A stretch of DNA of 60,647 nucleotides from a virus. Its lineage: Duplodnaviria; Caudoviricetes. The stretch lies in IMG/VR virus record IMGVR_UViG_3300031825_000011, positions 1 through 60,647 of that record. One strand, written 5' to 3'. The number at the start of each line of letters is the position of its first letter. The stretch's first letter is position 1. The notes below the pieces were generated by a model, which was not told the origin of the DNA, did no database searches, and saw only the letters and a list, made by a program, of their open reading frames with translations. Shown piece after piece: positions 40,619 through 53,200 of the stretch. A program made the position numbers and the translations under genes.

Positions 40619-42538
40619 ATGCCAATCGGATTAACAGGTGACGCGAATAGTTTAGTACAGGCAGGATGGGCGCAAGCACAGACCTATGCCTCTACTTCCT
40701 ACAGCGAGGCCACCAGTTTCTTAGGTGAAATTGAAAACGCCGGTAATCAATTACTGGATATTCCTGATATTAGTGTTGACGTATTACCGGTATCAACTTC
40801 GATAACGCCGGTCACATTGCCGGACACACCGGTTGCGCCGGACTTAAACACAGACTTTCCGGCAGCGCCAACCGAACCGACGCTGACTGATGTAAGTGCA
40901 TTGACCATTCCCGATGCGCCGGTATTCACTGCAGACTTGCCGGATATTGATTTAAATATCACTCCGCCTACCGCATTAAGCGCAATTATCCCTACCGCAC
41001 CGGCACTGGATGCAATCGTCATGCCGGACGTGCCGACCATTACTTTACCGTCTGTACCGAGCGCATTCGCCATTAATCTGCCTGACGCACCGGTACTCAC
41101 TATTGCCGATTTTAACGACACACTGGACGACCTTGCAAGCCCACCAAGCGGCACATTTACTTTTGTTGAACCTGCCTATTCCAGCACTTTATTAGACGGC
41201 CTTAAAGCGTTTTTAACTGAATGGGTGAATGGTGCTGCAACAGGTTTAGACCCTGCCGTGGAACAGGCAATTTGGGATCGTGCGCGTGAGCGTGAGGATT
41301 TAAGCGCTACCCGTGCCATTGATACTATCCGCAGCAATATGGCAGGCCGTGGCTTTGCCGTACCACAAGGCGCAATGCAGACTGCCATTCAACTCGCAAT
41401 GCAAGATGCCGCGAACAAAGACAGTGGACTTTCTCGTGACGTCATGCTTAAACAAGCAGACTTGGAACAACAAAATAGGCAATTTGCGGTGACAACAGGT
41501 GTACAGCTTGAAGGCCAATTACTTACTTATGCGAATCAAGTCGCACAACGCGCTTATGAAGTGGCTTTTGCTACCTTACGCGCCGGTATTGACCTCTATC
41601 AAGCCACCGTTTCCGGCTATAACGCCAAAGCCCAAGCCTATTCAATCAAAGCCCAAGTGTGGAAGCAGCGCATTGATGCCGAACTAAGCAAGCTTGAGAT
41701 TTATAAAGCCGAACTGGAAGGCCAAAAACTCATTGGTGAACTCAATGTGCAGCAAGTGGAAATGTACAAGGCTACTTTGCAAGGCGTATTGGCTAATGTT
41801 GAGATTTATAAAGCCCAGGTCGATGCCGCAACCGCTAAATCTGGTATTAACCGCAACTATATTGAACAGTTTGCGGCACAAATCCAAGCCTACGGTGAAT
41901 TGGTACGTGCAAAAGCTACCGAGTATGAAGGTTTTGCCACACAGGTCAAAGCCCAAGTCAGCAAAGCCGATGTATTCAAAGTACAGGCCGATGCCTACAA
42001 ATCACAAGTGGATGGTTACGCAGCCTTGACCGGTGCGCGAGTAGCCGAGCATGAAGCACAGGTAAAAACACAGCAGGAAATTCCATTGAAACTGTTTGAA
42101 AGTCGTGTCAGCGCCTACGAAAAACTGGTGACAGCAGAATCTTCACGCTTGGCTTCACTGAATAACAACTTTGAAACCGAAGGCCGTGTGTTTGCTTCGA
42201 TTGCATCTGCCGAAAGCGCACGCGCTTCTGCCGAAGCCGATATTTACCGTTCTGATGTGCAGTACGTGCTAGGTGAAGCCGGTATTCAGGTACAGGCGGC
42301 ACAAGCCAATGTGACCAAACTCATGAAAGCGGTGGAATTACTGATCGAAAGCATGAAGTCAGGCGCACAGGTATCAGCACAACTCGCCGCTTCTGCCTTG
42401 TCTGCAGTCAATCTTTCTGGTTCTACCTCATACAGCGAAGGCGCTTCTATCAGCAGTTCCGAAGCTAACAACACTAGCGAAAGCACTACCAATAGCACTT
42501 CATTCTCTGAACAACACGAATATCGTCATACGGCTTAA
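40619..42538 (+). CDS. Pro-rich/coiled-coil virion protein (ejection candidate)
   Basis: Pro-rich N-terminus, long helical Y.A repeats, RGF..P.G motif. Confidence 0.6.
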   Translation: MPIGLTGDANSLVQAGWAQAQTYASTSYSEATSFLGEIENAGNQLLDIPDISVDVLPVSTSITPVTLPDTPVAPDLNTDFPAAPTEPTLTDVSALTIPDAPVFTADLPDIDLNITPPTALSAIIPTAPALDAIVMPDVPTITLPSVPSAFAINLPDAPVLTIADFNDTLDDLASPPSGTFTFVEPAYSSTLLDGLKAFLTEWVNGAATGLDPAVEQAIWDRAREREDLSATRAIDTIRSNMAGRGFAVPQGAMQTAIQLAMQDAANKDSGLSRDVMLKQADLEQQNRQFAVTTGVQLEGQLLTYANQVAQRAYEVAFATLRAGIDLYQATVSGYNAKAQAYSIKAQVWKQRIDAELSKLEIYKAELEGQKLIGELNVQQVEMYKATLQGVLANVEIYKAQVDAATAKSGINRNYIEQFAAQIQAYGELVRAKATEYEGFATQVKAQVSKADVFKVQADAYKSQVDGYAALTGARVAEHEAQVKTQQEIPLKLFESRVSAYEKLVTAESSRLASLNNNFETEGRVFASIASAESARASAEADIYRSDVQYVLGEAGIQVQAAQANVTKLMKAVELLIESMKSGAQVSAQLAASALSAVNLSGSTSYSEGASISSSEANNTSESTTNSTSFSEQHEYRHTA

Positions 42539-42550
42539 TAGGACACTATC

Positions 42551-44218
42551 ATGGCAAACGAACAATACAAACCACCTTCAATACTGGATTACAACCGTTT
42601 TGGTAATAAAACGCCAAATTGGGCGGCTGATATGCCGGATAATATCAATCCTGTACCGCAAGCAGTTAGGCCGCAGCCAGTAAAGCAATCGCCGGTGCGT
42701 GCTACGTTACCGATTCCGCAGACACCAGCCAAAGCGCCAAATGTCAGTATGCCGGACGTGAATGTACAACCTTTAGTTGGGCAGAAACCAAATGTATTGC
42801 CTGATGTAGCTGCGCCAGATTTAGGCATTCAAAACTATCTGGCTACGCGCAACCAAGGCGCTGAACAGGCAAGGCTTGCCGGTGGACGTACAGGTGAACT
42901 CGCCTATGCCGTGAGAAACAATCCGGTGACTGATGCGGTTTTATCTGCCGGTAATGCTGCTTTATCGGTAGGTGATGCCGTAGGTCGCGGCGCGGCTGAT
43001 TTGTATGGTGGCATTGCAAATTTTGGTAAAGGCGTAATAACAGGCGACTACACTCCAATAAGCAGTGGCAATGCTGCAGAACAGACAATCGCATCTGCAA
43101 CGAACACAAAACCAGCAAGCGCACCAAAAGCGACACCAGCACAAACAGCGGCAACCAAGCCAGCAGCCAGCGCACCGGCAAAAAATGAAACTACAATCCC
43201 ACAGAACACACAGGCCAAACCAGCCGCAACAAATTCAGGCGTACCGAAACCATCTAAACCAGCCAAAGCCGGTAAGCCTTCTGCTAATCCTGCAGTACAG
43301 ACACAGCCACAAGCACAAGCGCCGGTTGATGGCGACCCTTACGCAGCCTATAAAGCCCGTACCGGTATCGACCTATCTAATACCAGTTTTGCACCAGTGC
43401 CAAGCTATGTAGAGAAGGTTAATCAAACACAAGGTATGGACTTCCAGAATGGTAAGCCTGCCAATGTTGATGGTTCAGCCGTTGTACCGGTAGAAACGCA
43501 AGAGCAATTTAACCAGCGTTGGGCGCAGATTCAGGACTTTTACAATTCACCGGAAGGCCAAGCCGTAGTTGCGGCACGTCAGCAAGGCGATGTAGTAGAA
43601 GTGCAGCGTGGCGACAAGACTTCTTTTACCGATTTGCGTAATGGCGGTGAAAAAGGCATTCAGGACTTTATTGCGGATCAGGCGGCTAAAGATTCTGCCC
43701 TGGCTAAGTCACCTACTTCACCAATGAATAACCGTGAACTGAATCAACTTGATTTGCTGAAACCGAAATTAACGTCTGAAACAGCACTGGCAGAAGCCAA
43801 CATTCGTGAAGCAGGGGCAACAGGTCGCACATTAATTAATGAAGCCGGTGCGAATAAGCGCCATGACTTTTCTGATCAGGAATTGAACGCGATTAAGACC
43901 GGTGTGCAGAAAGACCTATTAAGCAATGACCCTGCCGTGGTCGCCAAAGCGAAAGAACGCTGGCAAGCCATTCAGTCAATCGTACCGGCTAAATACGATG
44001 CAAAAACTGTAAGAAATTATGTTGATGGTGTGCCAGATAGTGAAGATTTAGTTATTTATAACCAGGCTACAGGTCAACCAGTTACACCAAGCGGCACAAA
44101 ACAAAATGCCGCAGCAAAACCATCATTAAGTCAATTCATGGCGAAAGCAAAACTAGCTAATCCTGACTATAGCGATGCTGAATTAAGAACAATTTATACC
44201 GAAAAATACGGGAAATAA
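42551..44218 (+). CDS. Internal virion/ejection protein candidate
   Basis: Low-complexity A/P/Q/K-rich; position just before the giant gene. Confidence 0.55.
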   Translation: MANEQYKPPSILDYNRFGNKTPNWAADMPDNINPVPQAVRPQPVKQSPVRATLPIPQTPAKAPNVSMPDVNVQPLVGQKPNVLPDVAAPDLGIQNYLATRNQGAEQARLAGGRTGELAYAVRNNPVTDAVLSAGNAALSVGDAVGRGAADLYGGIANFGKGVITGDYTPISSGNAAEQTIASATNTKPASAPKATPAQTAATKPAASAPAKNETTIPQNTQAKPAATNSGVPKPSKPAKAGKPSANPAVQTQPQAQAPVDGDPYAAYKARTGIDLSNTSFAPVPSYVEKVNQTQGMDFQNGKPANVDGSAVVPVETQEQFNQRWAQIQDFYNSPEGQAVVAARQQGDVVEVQRGDKTSFTDLRNGGEKGIQDFIADQAAKDSALAKSPTSPMNNRELNQLDLLKPKLTSETALAEANIREAGATGRTLINEAGANKRHDFSDQELNAIKTGVQKDLLSNDPAVVAKAKERWQAIQSIVPAKYDAKTVRNYVDGVPDSEDLVIYNQATGQPVTPSGTKQNAAAKPSLSQFMAKAKLANPDYSDAELRTIYTEKYGK

Positions 44219-44221
44219 ATA

Positions 44222-47200
44222 ATGACCAAACCTACATTCATTGATCCTTTCGATAATGCAGAATCTACCAAACCTGCTTTTGTTGACCCGTTTGAAACAG
44301 ATGCGCCAACTAGCAAGCCAGAACCAAAATCCGGCACAATCCGCAGGGCGATAGGCGATACGGCACTCACAGCACTCAAAAGTACGATTGCCGTACCTGA
44401 AATTGCCGTTGGTCTTGCTGACCTTGTAAGCGGTGGACGTGCCGGTAAGCTTGCCGAGGAAGCAGGCTTTAAGCCCAAACAGGCTAAAGAGTTTATCAGT
44501 GATTATTATAGCCCTGAACAGAAACTTGCAAATCAAAAAGTGCAAGAAGCTGACGGCTTTATTGATACCGCTAAAACTGCATTGCAATACCCATCAACCA
44601 TTTTTCATACCACACTAGAATCATTGGGCGGCATGGGCGTGGGCGGTTTAGGTGCGCGTGGATTAATGGCGGTTGCACCTAAAGTCGCACCGTTTGTTGC
44701 AGGTGCAATAGGTGAAGGTTTAGTAACCGCAGGGCAGAACGCAGAACAGTTAAGACAGGAAACTGATGATGGATTGCTAACCGGAAAACAGGCGGCAATT
44801 ACGGCAGGAAGCGGCGCATTAACCGGCTTAATCAGTGGCGCAAGCGGCAGCATAGCTAAGAAACTTGGCATTGCTGATATTGATACGCTTATTGCAGAAG
44901 GTAAATTAGCAGGCAAAGCAACCGGCTTACCAAAAGCAATCGCAGGCGGCGTTATCAGTGAAGGCTTGCTGGAAGAAATGCCACAATCAGCGCAAGAGCA
45001 GATTGCACAAAACTTATCACTTGATAAACCTTGGGATGAAGGTGTCGGCAATGCTGCCGCAATGGGCGCATTATCCGGCGGCTTAATGGGTGGCGGTGCA
45101 AACGTGCTGAATGCTTTTGGCGGTAAAGACAATACTCAAGTTACACCACCACCAGCACCACCAGCCCCAGAAGGTTCACTGACTTCCGCAGCTACTATTG
45201 CGCAAGCCGTTGGCCTCACTCCACAGCCTGTAACCCCAGACGTTACAGAACAGAAGCCTAATATCGTTGATTCACTAAATGCAGTCGAGGCACAACAGAA
45301 TGGTGTCATGCCTGATACCACTATTGCACCGGAACAACCATTAGCAGAAATACAAGCGCCTACACTTGCGCCGGAACAGGCCGCAGAAAAACAAATTATT
45401 GATGAACAAGCGCAGCAGGCAGCAACTTCACCGCTGAATGATTTACCACAGCCAACAGAAAAACAGGTTGAGGCAGGCAATTACAAAAAAGGCCATATCA
45501 AGTATGACGGCCTGAATATCACCGTAGAAAATCCACAAGGTTCTACCCGTAGCGGTGTCGATGAAGATGGGAAAACTTGGGAAAATACCCTGGCTAACCA
45601 TTATGGTTACATCAAACGCACCAAAGGTAACGATGGCGATAATCTTGATGTATTCGTTGGTGACAAGCCTGCAAACGGTAAAGTATTTGTCATTAACCAG
45701 ACCAAAAAAGACGGCAGTTTTGATGAACACAAAGCCGTTTTAGGTGCGGAAACCGCAGACGAAGCGATTGCAATCTACAAGGCTAACTATGCCGATGATT
45801 GGAATGGCGGCAAATCCGTTACAGAACTGACAACGCCAGCCTTTAAAGATTGGCTGAAAAACGGTGATCCAACAAAGCCATTGGAAACTGTTAGCGCCAC
45901 AAACAATGATGTGGATATGACCAAGGTTGCAATCGGTGAAAAGGTCGATGTAGGCGGCGTACCGTATGTTAAAACTGAAAATGGTTTTGAGCGCGTTACA
46001 AGTGCAACAGAAAATGTTGTCAATGCAACAAGTGTCGATACCACAACCACATTACCAGAACGTGTCGATGAAACTGCAAATGGCGTACAAGTGCCTGCAA
46101 TTAATCAAGCCATTGTTGGCGAGGATGATCTGCCTTTTGATTCTTACGCGCAAAAGAATGTTGATGCTGCAAATAATGCAAAAGCCAACTGGATTTCAGC
46201 ACAGACTGATTTAATTTCAGCCAGAGATATTGCCTTCACGGATTCTGACAAATTATATGAGGATATAAAGCAAAACAGACGTGGCATGACGTTTGAAAAA
46301 GCAACGTCACTGATTGATGCTGCCGAAAAAGATGCGATTGTTGATAGTGTTATTGCAAATAAACTGCGTAATGATATTGCGCCGCTTGCTACAACGAATA
46401 ATGCAGAACCAGCACAACCTGCCGACACAGTTCGCCCATTAGTCGAGCAACTCACTAAACTACGCGCCACCGCAGATAAGCACCCTAGTTTTGATCCGGC
46501 ATTGAAAGCCGCTAAAGACTTTATGGCAGGGAAGAAAGTATCGCCTAGACAGTTCAAGAACTTTGCAAACCTGTTAGGTAAAAAGAACAAAGCATTCCGC
46601 GAAGTATTAATGCAATTACATGACCAGGCTGCAAGCACACCGGAACAATTAGCCGCAAAAGAGAAGAAAAGCAAACTAGCTAAAGCCATGCTGGCAGAAC
46701 GCATGAAGCTGGACACTACAAAAGACGGATTAATGCAGGCAATGGCTAAACTCGGTGGCCTGAATGCTGATAAAGCCAAGTCTGAATTTGGTATAGATCC
46801 TGCCGATATGCGTCAACACGGCGCAGGCATTAAGCGCAGTTTCAATAAAAACGGATTAGACGCTGATACCATGCGCGAACTGCTTAAAGAGCAGGGTTAT
46901 CCAGTAGGTGAAACCGTTGCAGACTTAGGCAATGCGATTGCTGATGCTATGTCAGGCATTGATGTATTGACCGCAGCAGGCCAAGAAGCACTAGCACAAA
47001 AGAAATATGAGGAATATGCTAATGGTATTGATGAATTAAGCGATGACGAACAGGCGTTGCTTGATGAATTAGTGACAAAAGCCACCGCTAAATACGGTGC
47101 GGAAGCGCTTGCAGAAATTGACGCTTCATTGGCTGAATCTATGAAAGGCCAGCCACAACCAGAAATTGAACGCGCATTACTGCGTATGTTAAAAGAGGAG

Positions 47201-50200
47201 TTTGATGATGAAACAGGTAATGCAGGAACTAGCCAAGCTACCGAAGGACAGGCAGGACAAGATACTGAAACTGGCAGCACTGAAAATGGCGGCAGACGCG
47301 CACAGCAAGATGGCGCAGAAATTGAAGGACAAGGAAGCGAAACCAGCCAAGTAGCAGAAGTAACTGATAACTTCACCCTATCAGGCCAAACCAACGAAGA
47401 TATAAACGCAGGCATTGCAGCGCAAGAAGCAGAAGCCAGAGCGCAGCAAGAGCAGGCTAAATCCGATGAAGCCGCACGTATTGAAGCAGAGCGCAAATCC
47501 CGTCAAGAGATTGCCGCTGACAGTTTCGATCTAACTCAAACCGGTAAAGACGCAAAATCTACCAAAGCCAACGATGCAAAGGTTATTGATAACCAGTTTG
47601 CAGGGCAGGGGGATTTGCTTTCACAACCAGCCGAACAGCCTAAATCTGAAACTAAGGCAGCCAACAATATCCAAGACTTAGGTGAGAAAATCGGTGGCGC
47701 ACGTAAAGATACAGCCGTATCAACCGGCACAAAAGCAAAACGTACTGATAAAAATCCAGACGTACCAACATGGGCGAAGCGTTACAACATTACCGAAACC
47801 GTTTATTCAAGTGATGAAAATGAAAATGGAACTTGGTCTATTTATGATTCACGCGACAAAAATAGGTTAGGACTTCCGCGAGAAATTGGCAAAGGCTTTG
47901 CATCAAAAGAAGCTGCAATGGCTGAATTACCGGCCTTGGTCGTAGGTGCAAAACATAGAGTGGTTGCAACCGCACAACGTCCTGATGGCACTTATGGTTA
48001 TGAAATCTACCGCAGTATTAATGACCGCAAGCGCGTCAAGATTGTTGATAAGGTATTTGATGACCGCATTGAAGCCTTAACCTACATGGGCGAACATGCC
48101 GCAGAAATACTTGAAACCAACACGACTTTTGGTGAAGTTGACCTGCCGACACCAGATGATACCAACCGTGTAGGCGTAGCACGCAGAAGCGGTGACGTGA
48201 AAGATACTGATTTCATGGACACTTTCGGCTTCCGTGGCGTGGAGTTTGGTGAGTGGAATAACCAGATAGAGCGCCAACAAGTGATGAATGCCGCTTATGA
48301 TGGACTGCTTGACCTTGCCGAAGTATTGAACCTGCCGCCTAAAGCCTTAACACTGAACGGCGATTTAGCACTGGCATTCGGGGCGCGTGGTCAAGGCTTA
48401 TCAGCAGCAAAAGCGCACTATGAGCGCGATAAATCAGTGATCAACCTGACTAAGATGAACGGCGCAGGTTCACTTGCGCATGAATTTTTCCATGCCTTAG
48501 ACCATTACTTAGGCCGTCAAGACGGTAAAGCATCAAGTGAATGGGTAACAGATAGTGATGGTACTCGTTCATTTAAAGCTAAAGAAGTTGAAGATGATAT
48601 GGTAAGTAGCGGCTTTAGCTACAAATCCAATGTGCGTGAAGAAGTGCGTACTGCCTATAAAGCCCTGATGGAAACCATGTTCAGGAAGGCGACCACCTAC
48701 GTTGAAGATACGCAAGAGGCTGACAAGTTTGTTGCCAGGGCAAAAGATGATTTAGCTTCTAAACTGGATAGCATTCGCAATGAATTGTCTGCGCAGAAAG
48801 ACCCGAAATACTACAAGCGCAATAACAAGCCAGCTACCGCAGAACAATTAGCCGAGTTTGATACCATTGCCAAGCAGTTGCTTGATGGTCAAGGCTTGGA
48901 CGCTGAATATCGCGCCATTGATGACGGCAGAAAGCGTACCCGTAAATGGCAGTTGCCAGCAGGTCGTCATACCAATGATGCACTGGAAAAAATAAGCGCT
49001 ATCTATAAAGCGGTGCGCGGCAGAAATGGATTTGATTCAACCAACCAGAACGGCACAATGGATTACTTGCGCGGCACAATGTCGCGTTACAGTGGTCGCC
49101 TCAAAATGCTGGCAGACGCACAGCAAGGCAATGAAAAAGTCAGACAAGTACCTACCAATTTTGCCTTGAATGCAAAAGAACTGGATCAAGGTCGTGGTAA
49201 GGATTACTGGACAACACCGCATGAAATGGCAGCGCGTGCATTCCAAGGATATGTTGAAGATAAGATTACAGCCACCGGCGGTAAAAGCCCATTCTTAAAC
49301 TACGGCAGGGAAGGCGCAGGTATTTTGACACCGTGGGGCGTTAAGTTCCCATTCCCAAGAGGCGAAGAACGCAAGGCGATTAATGCAGCACTGGATAAGT
49401 TTGTTTCAGCATTGCAGACCAAAGAAACCGACAAAGGCATATCACTTTACAGCCGTAGCAACAACAAAACCGGTGATTCTGGCCTTGGTAACGTCACTGT
49501 TAAGCCAATTAAAACATTAAGCAAAGCTATTCAAACCGCACTTGACGCTGAAAATGCCGTTCAAGTATCTGTTACAGGGGGTAATGTAAATGTCTTACGA
49601 GAAATTGCAAAAACATTCGGAAAACAAATCATCTTTTATAACGAAGCGAACCCTTTCACGCCCTTGGGCGCTGGTGTGCGTGAAAACGGGAGAGTACAGG
49701 TACAGCCTGGAAGAACTGAAAACGATGCTGCCACCGGCACAGTATCAGAAGGCAATCCAGTACAGGGAGAGCGTAGCGAATCCAGTGGACGATCCGACGG
49801 ATTTGTTAACACTGGACTTCCTGGATATATATTTCTCAGAGTTGATGGAAAAAACAACGCGCTCTACATTGTAGGTCATGAGTTAGGCCATAGCTTGCGT
49901 ATGGACGATCCTGCGCTATGGGCGCAGATGGGTAAGCAATTACAGCCTTTAATTAGACAATGGGGTAAGTATAAAGCTGAATCTGGCTATGATTTCAATA
50001 ATGATGTGGAATATGTTGAAGAACTATTCGGTGACATTATCGGTGACAATTTTACCAATCAAGACTTTTGGAATGATGTTGCCGCACAAAGCCCGTCATT
50101 ATTTAAACGCATTGCAAACAAAGCCATTCAGTTATTAAACAAAGTTATTACCGCAATTAAAGACCGCAATGCTAATGCCTTCCTGACAGACGCAACCCAA

Positions 50201-53200
50201 GCCAGAGCGATTATTGCCAATACCTTAGTTAAGTATGCTGACAATGTGAATAAAGGGGTGTATGCCAAGTACGCAAGTGAACTGGACGCTGGTAATAAAC
50301 GTTCAATCAATTCACAGCCAGCTACTTTAAATGCAAACGGCAAACCGATATACTCTACCCAAGAAGGTATTGATAATTTCTGGGAGTGGTTCAATGACAT
50401 TCAATTCAGAGGACTGGCGCAGACGGGTAAAACTGGCGCAGACGGACGAGGAAATGACAGCACTCGCACTGGAACTGGAAAGCAAGCCTACGGACTTGAT
50501 GAACAAGGCCGACCAAGAATCTTCTTTCACGGAACAGCATCCGATTTCAGCGCCTTTGATCTTGAACACGCGCAAAGGAAAGATCGTGGTTGGCTAGGTG
50601 ACGGGGTTTATCTTACTAACGATACCTTACTTGCAGAAAGCTATTCCAATCTAAAAGCAGGTAATGCTGATCCAAATATCATGCCGCTATATGTGGCATT
50701 GCATAATCCGTACTTTGCTACTATCAAAGTCAAGCAAGCGCTTAAAGGCGCGTCCAAGCAGGAAATTACAGACTTCACCGATAAGTTAAAGGCATTAGGT
50801 CATGATGGGGTAGTGCTTGAATACAACGATGAAACCAGTGAAGTCGTTGCATTTTATTCTAATCAAGTGAAATCTGCCGTGGGGAACAACGGTGATTTTG
50901 ATGCTAAAAATGACGATATTCGTTATAGCCGTCCATCTGCCCCAACCTTCTATTCTGCCCTGGCTAAAGCTATCCCATTAGCAAAACAAGACACCATGCC
51001 AGCCGGCCAATGGAAAAACTGGCTAGTAGCTAACGCCGGTAAGATGAATGTCAAGCAGGCTGAACTGCAATGGTCAGGCTTAACCGATTACTTAGACCTG
51101 CAGCAAGGCAAGGTAAGTAAGGCTGATATTCAGCAATACCTTGATGCTAATGGTGTGCAGGTTAGTGAAACTATGCTTGGTGACAAATCAGAAAATGATT
51201 ACCGAGTGCTAGAAGAAAAGTACGATAACGCTGCCGATGCCGTAAATGAGGCTATCCGCAACCATGTTTCATTTGAGGAGCAAGATAGATTACGCGCAAT
51301 TCGTGATGATTACCAAGATCAGATTATAGAAAATGCGAAGAAGGTTGATGCAACTAAATACGCCAAATACACCGTAGCAGGCGGAGAGAACTATAAAGAG
51401 TTGTTGCTGACGCTGCCAGAGAAAACGCCTCTTTCAGATGATGAAAGAAATGAGCTTAATAATCTAGGCATGAAGATGAATAATGACATTGATTTCTCAT
51501 ATAAAGATCAAAAAAGATACAGAGAATTGATGGATAAATCAGCTTTACGAGTTGATAACAATTATAAATCTAGTCATTTTGAACAGCGCAACATTCTCGC
51601 GCACGTAAGATTTGACGAGCGTGTAGATGCGGACGGTAACAAGGTTCTATTCATCAATGAGATTCAATCTGATTGGGGGCAAGAGGGTAAGAAAAAAGGG
51701 TTTGGTGATGGCATAACAATCAAAAAAGACATTAATGGGTTTTATCGCGCATACAGTCGTGATGGTTCTTCTATTGAACTTCGTGTGAATGGCGAAAGAT
51801 TTAGTGCGCTTAGTACAGAGCAAGCAGTTAGGGATGCTTTACCAACTTCATATACGCCCCATGTAATTCCTACCGCCCCATTCGTAACAGAAACAAAATC
51901 CTGGGTATCACTCGCACTCAAACGCATGATTCGTTATGCGGCTGAAAATGGCTTTGATAAAGTAGCTTTAATCAACGGGCAGCAAGCGGCTGATCTTTAT
52001 GATTTGAGTAAGCAAATCAATATGGCTTCTGCTATTGCCAATAATGACGGTACTTACAATCTTATTCTTGAAGATAAAAGCGCGAATGAAATATCTGGCT
52101 ATGCTGGCGGCGGTAAGAAATTAAACGCACAGGAATTAGAAGATACAATCGGTAAAGACTTGGCTGCAAAACTGATTGAGGGCGCGGATAAAAACAAGAG
52201 TAAGCCTTGGCCTAAAAACGCCAGTGTTAATCCAGCATTTTTCACATTGCGCGGTATTGATCTCAAAGTCGGCGGCGAAGGTATGCGTGCCTTCTATGAC
52301 GAAATTGTACCGTCAACGGCACGCGATGTATTACGCAAGCTTGGCGTTAGCCCTCATTCTCTTGGTAGTAAGGCCAAATCTTCTAAGGTAATTGGAAACA
52401 GTAGCTTGGTTGATGCCAAGTTTTTCAGCGATCTGGTTTTGAGTAAGACCTTCATTGACAAGGGGTTCAAAGGCGTTGATTCCGAGAGCAAACGAGTGGT
52501 GCAATCTAAGATGCTCGCTATTGGAAAGGACGACAAGATTCTCAAGTCTGTTATCCGTGCCATCCCCGTTGATGTGATGAACATGCTCAACAGCCAGAAG
52601 CTTTCTGCCGAGATGTTCTTCCATAATCCTACGATGCTCATAAATTACAGTGTAGTTCCACTTAGACCTAATATGCCCACTGCTGTCGATGTGTCCTCTG
52701 CGCTCATACGTGGCATAGCAAGCGCGACTGCAAAAGAAGTTGATAGTCTTGGAATCTCTGATTCTGTTGGTTTTTCTGGTAAAGACAGTGCCGCAACTGG
52801 TACACTTATGGATAGCCATAACATTACTCCTTCTAGTAGTGTTGGGTTAGAGGCTGGTGATGTTAGCGCATCATCAGCTTCGTCTATTATACATCCAATA
52901 CTAATCAATGGAAGCATACAACTCGGCTTCACCATCACCCCTGAACTACGCGCTAAAGCCTTAGAAGGCTTGCCATTATTCAGCCGTCCACAATCCAAGT
53001 TCTCACAAAAATCTACCGGTATTGATATTCGTGACCTGAATGCAGTGGTTGCTAACGTCAATCAAGCCTTGCGTGGCCTGCCTGCAACTTATGTGTTGGA
53101 AGATTACACTAAAGCACCGGCTGAATTAGTCGCGGATATTAAGCGTGATAAAGCCTATGACGCTGCAGGCGCATGGCATAACGGCGAAATATACCTATTC

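Noticed and set aside
44605-47496. Long minus-strand ORFs in the giant gene (44605, 46144, 46897)
   Set aside because: Ser/Ala-rich shadow frames with no recognisable domain
52340-52915. Intein or self-splicing intron as the explanation for the insert
   Set aside because: No Cys/Ser start or His-Asn end in the host frame, no recognisable group I/II core, and the endonuclease is on the opposite strand
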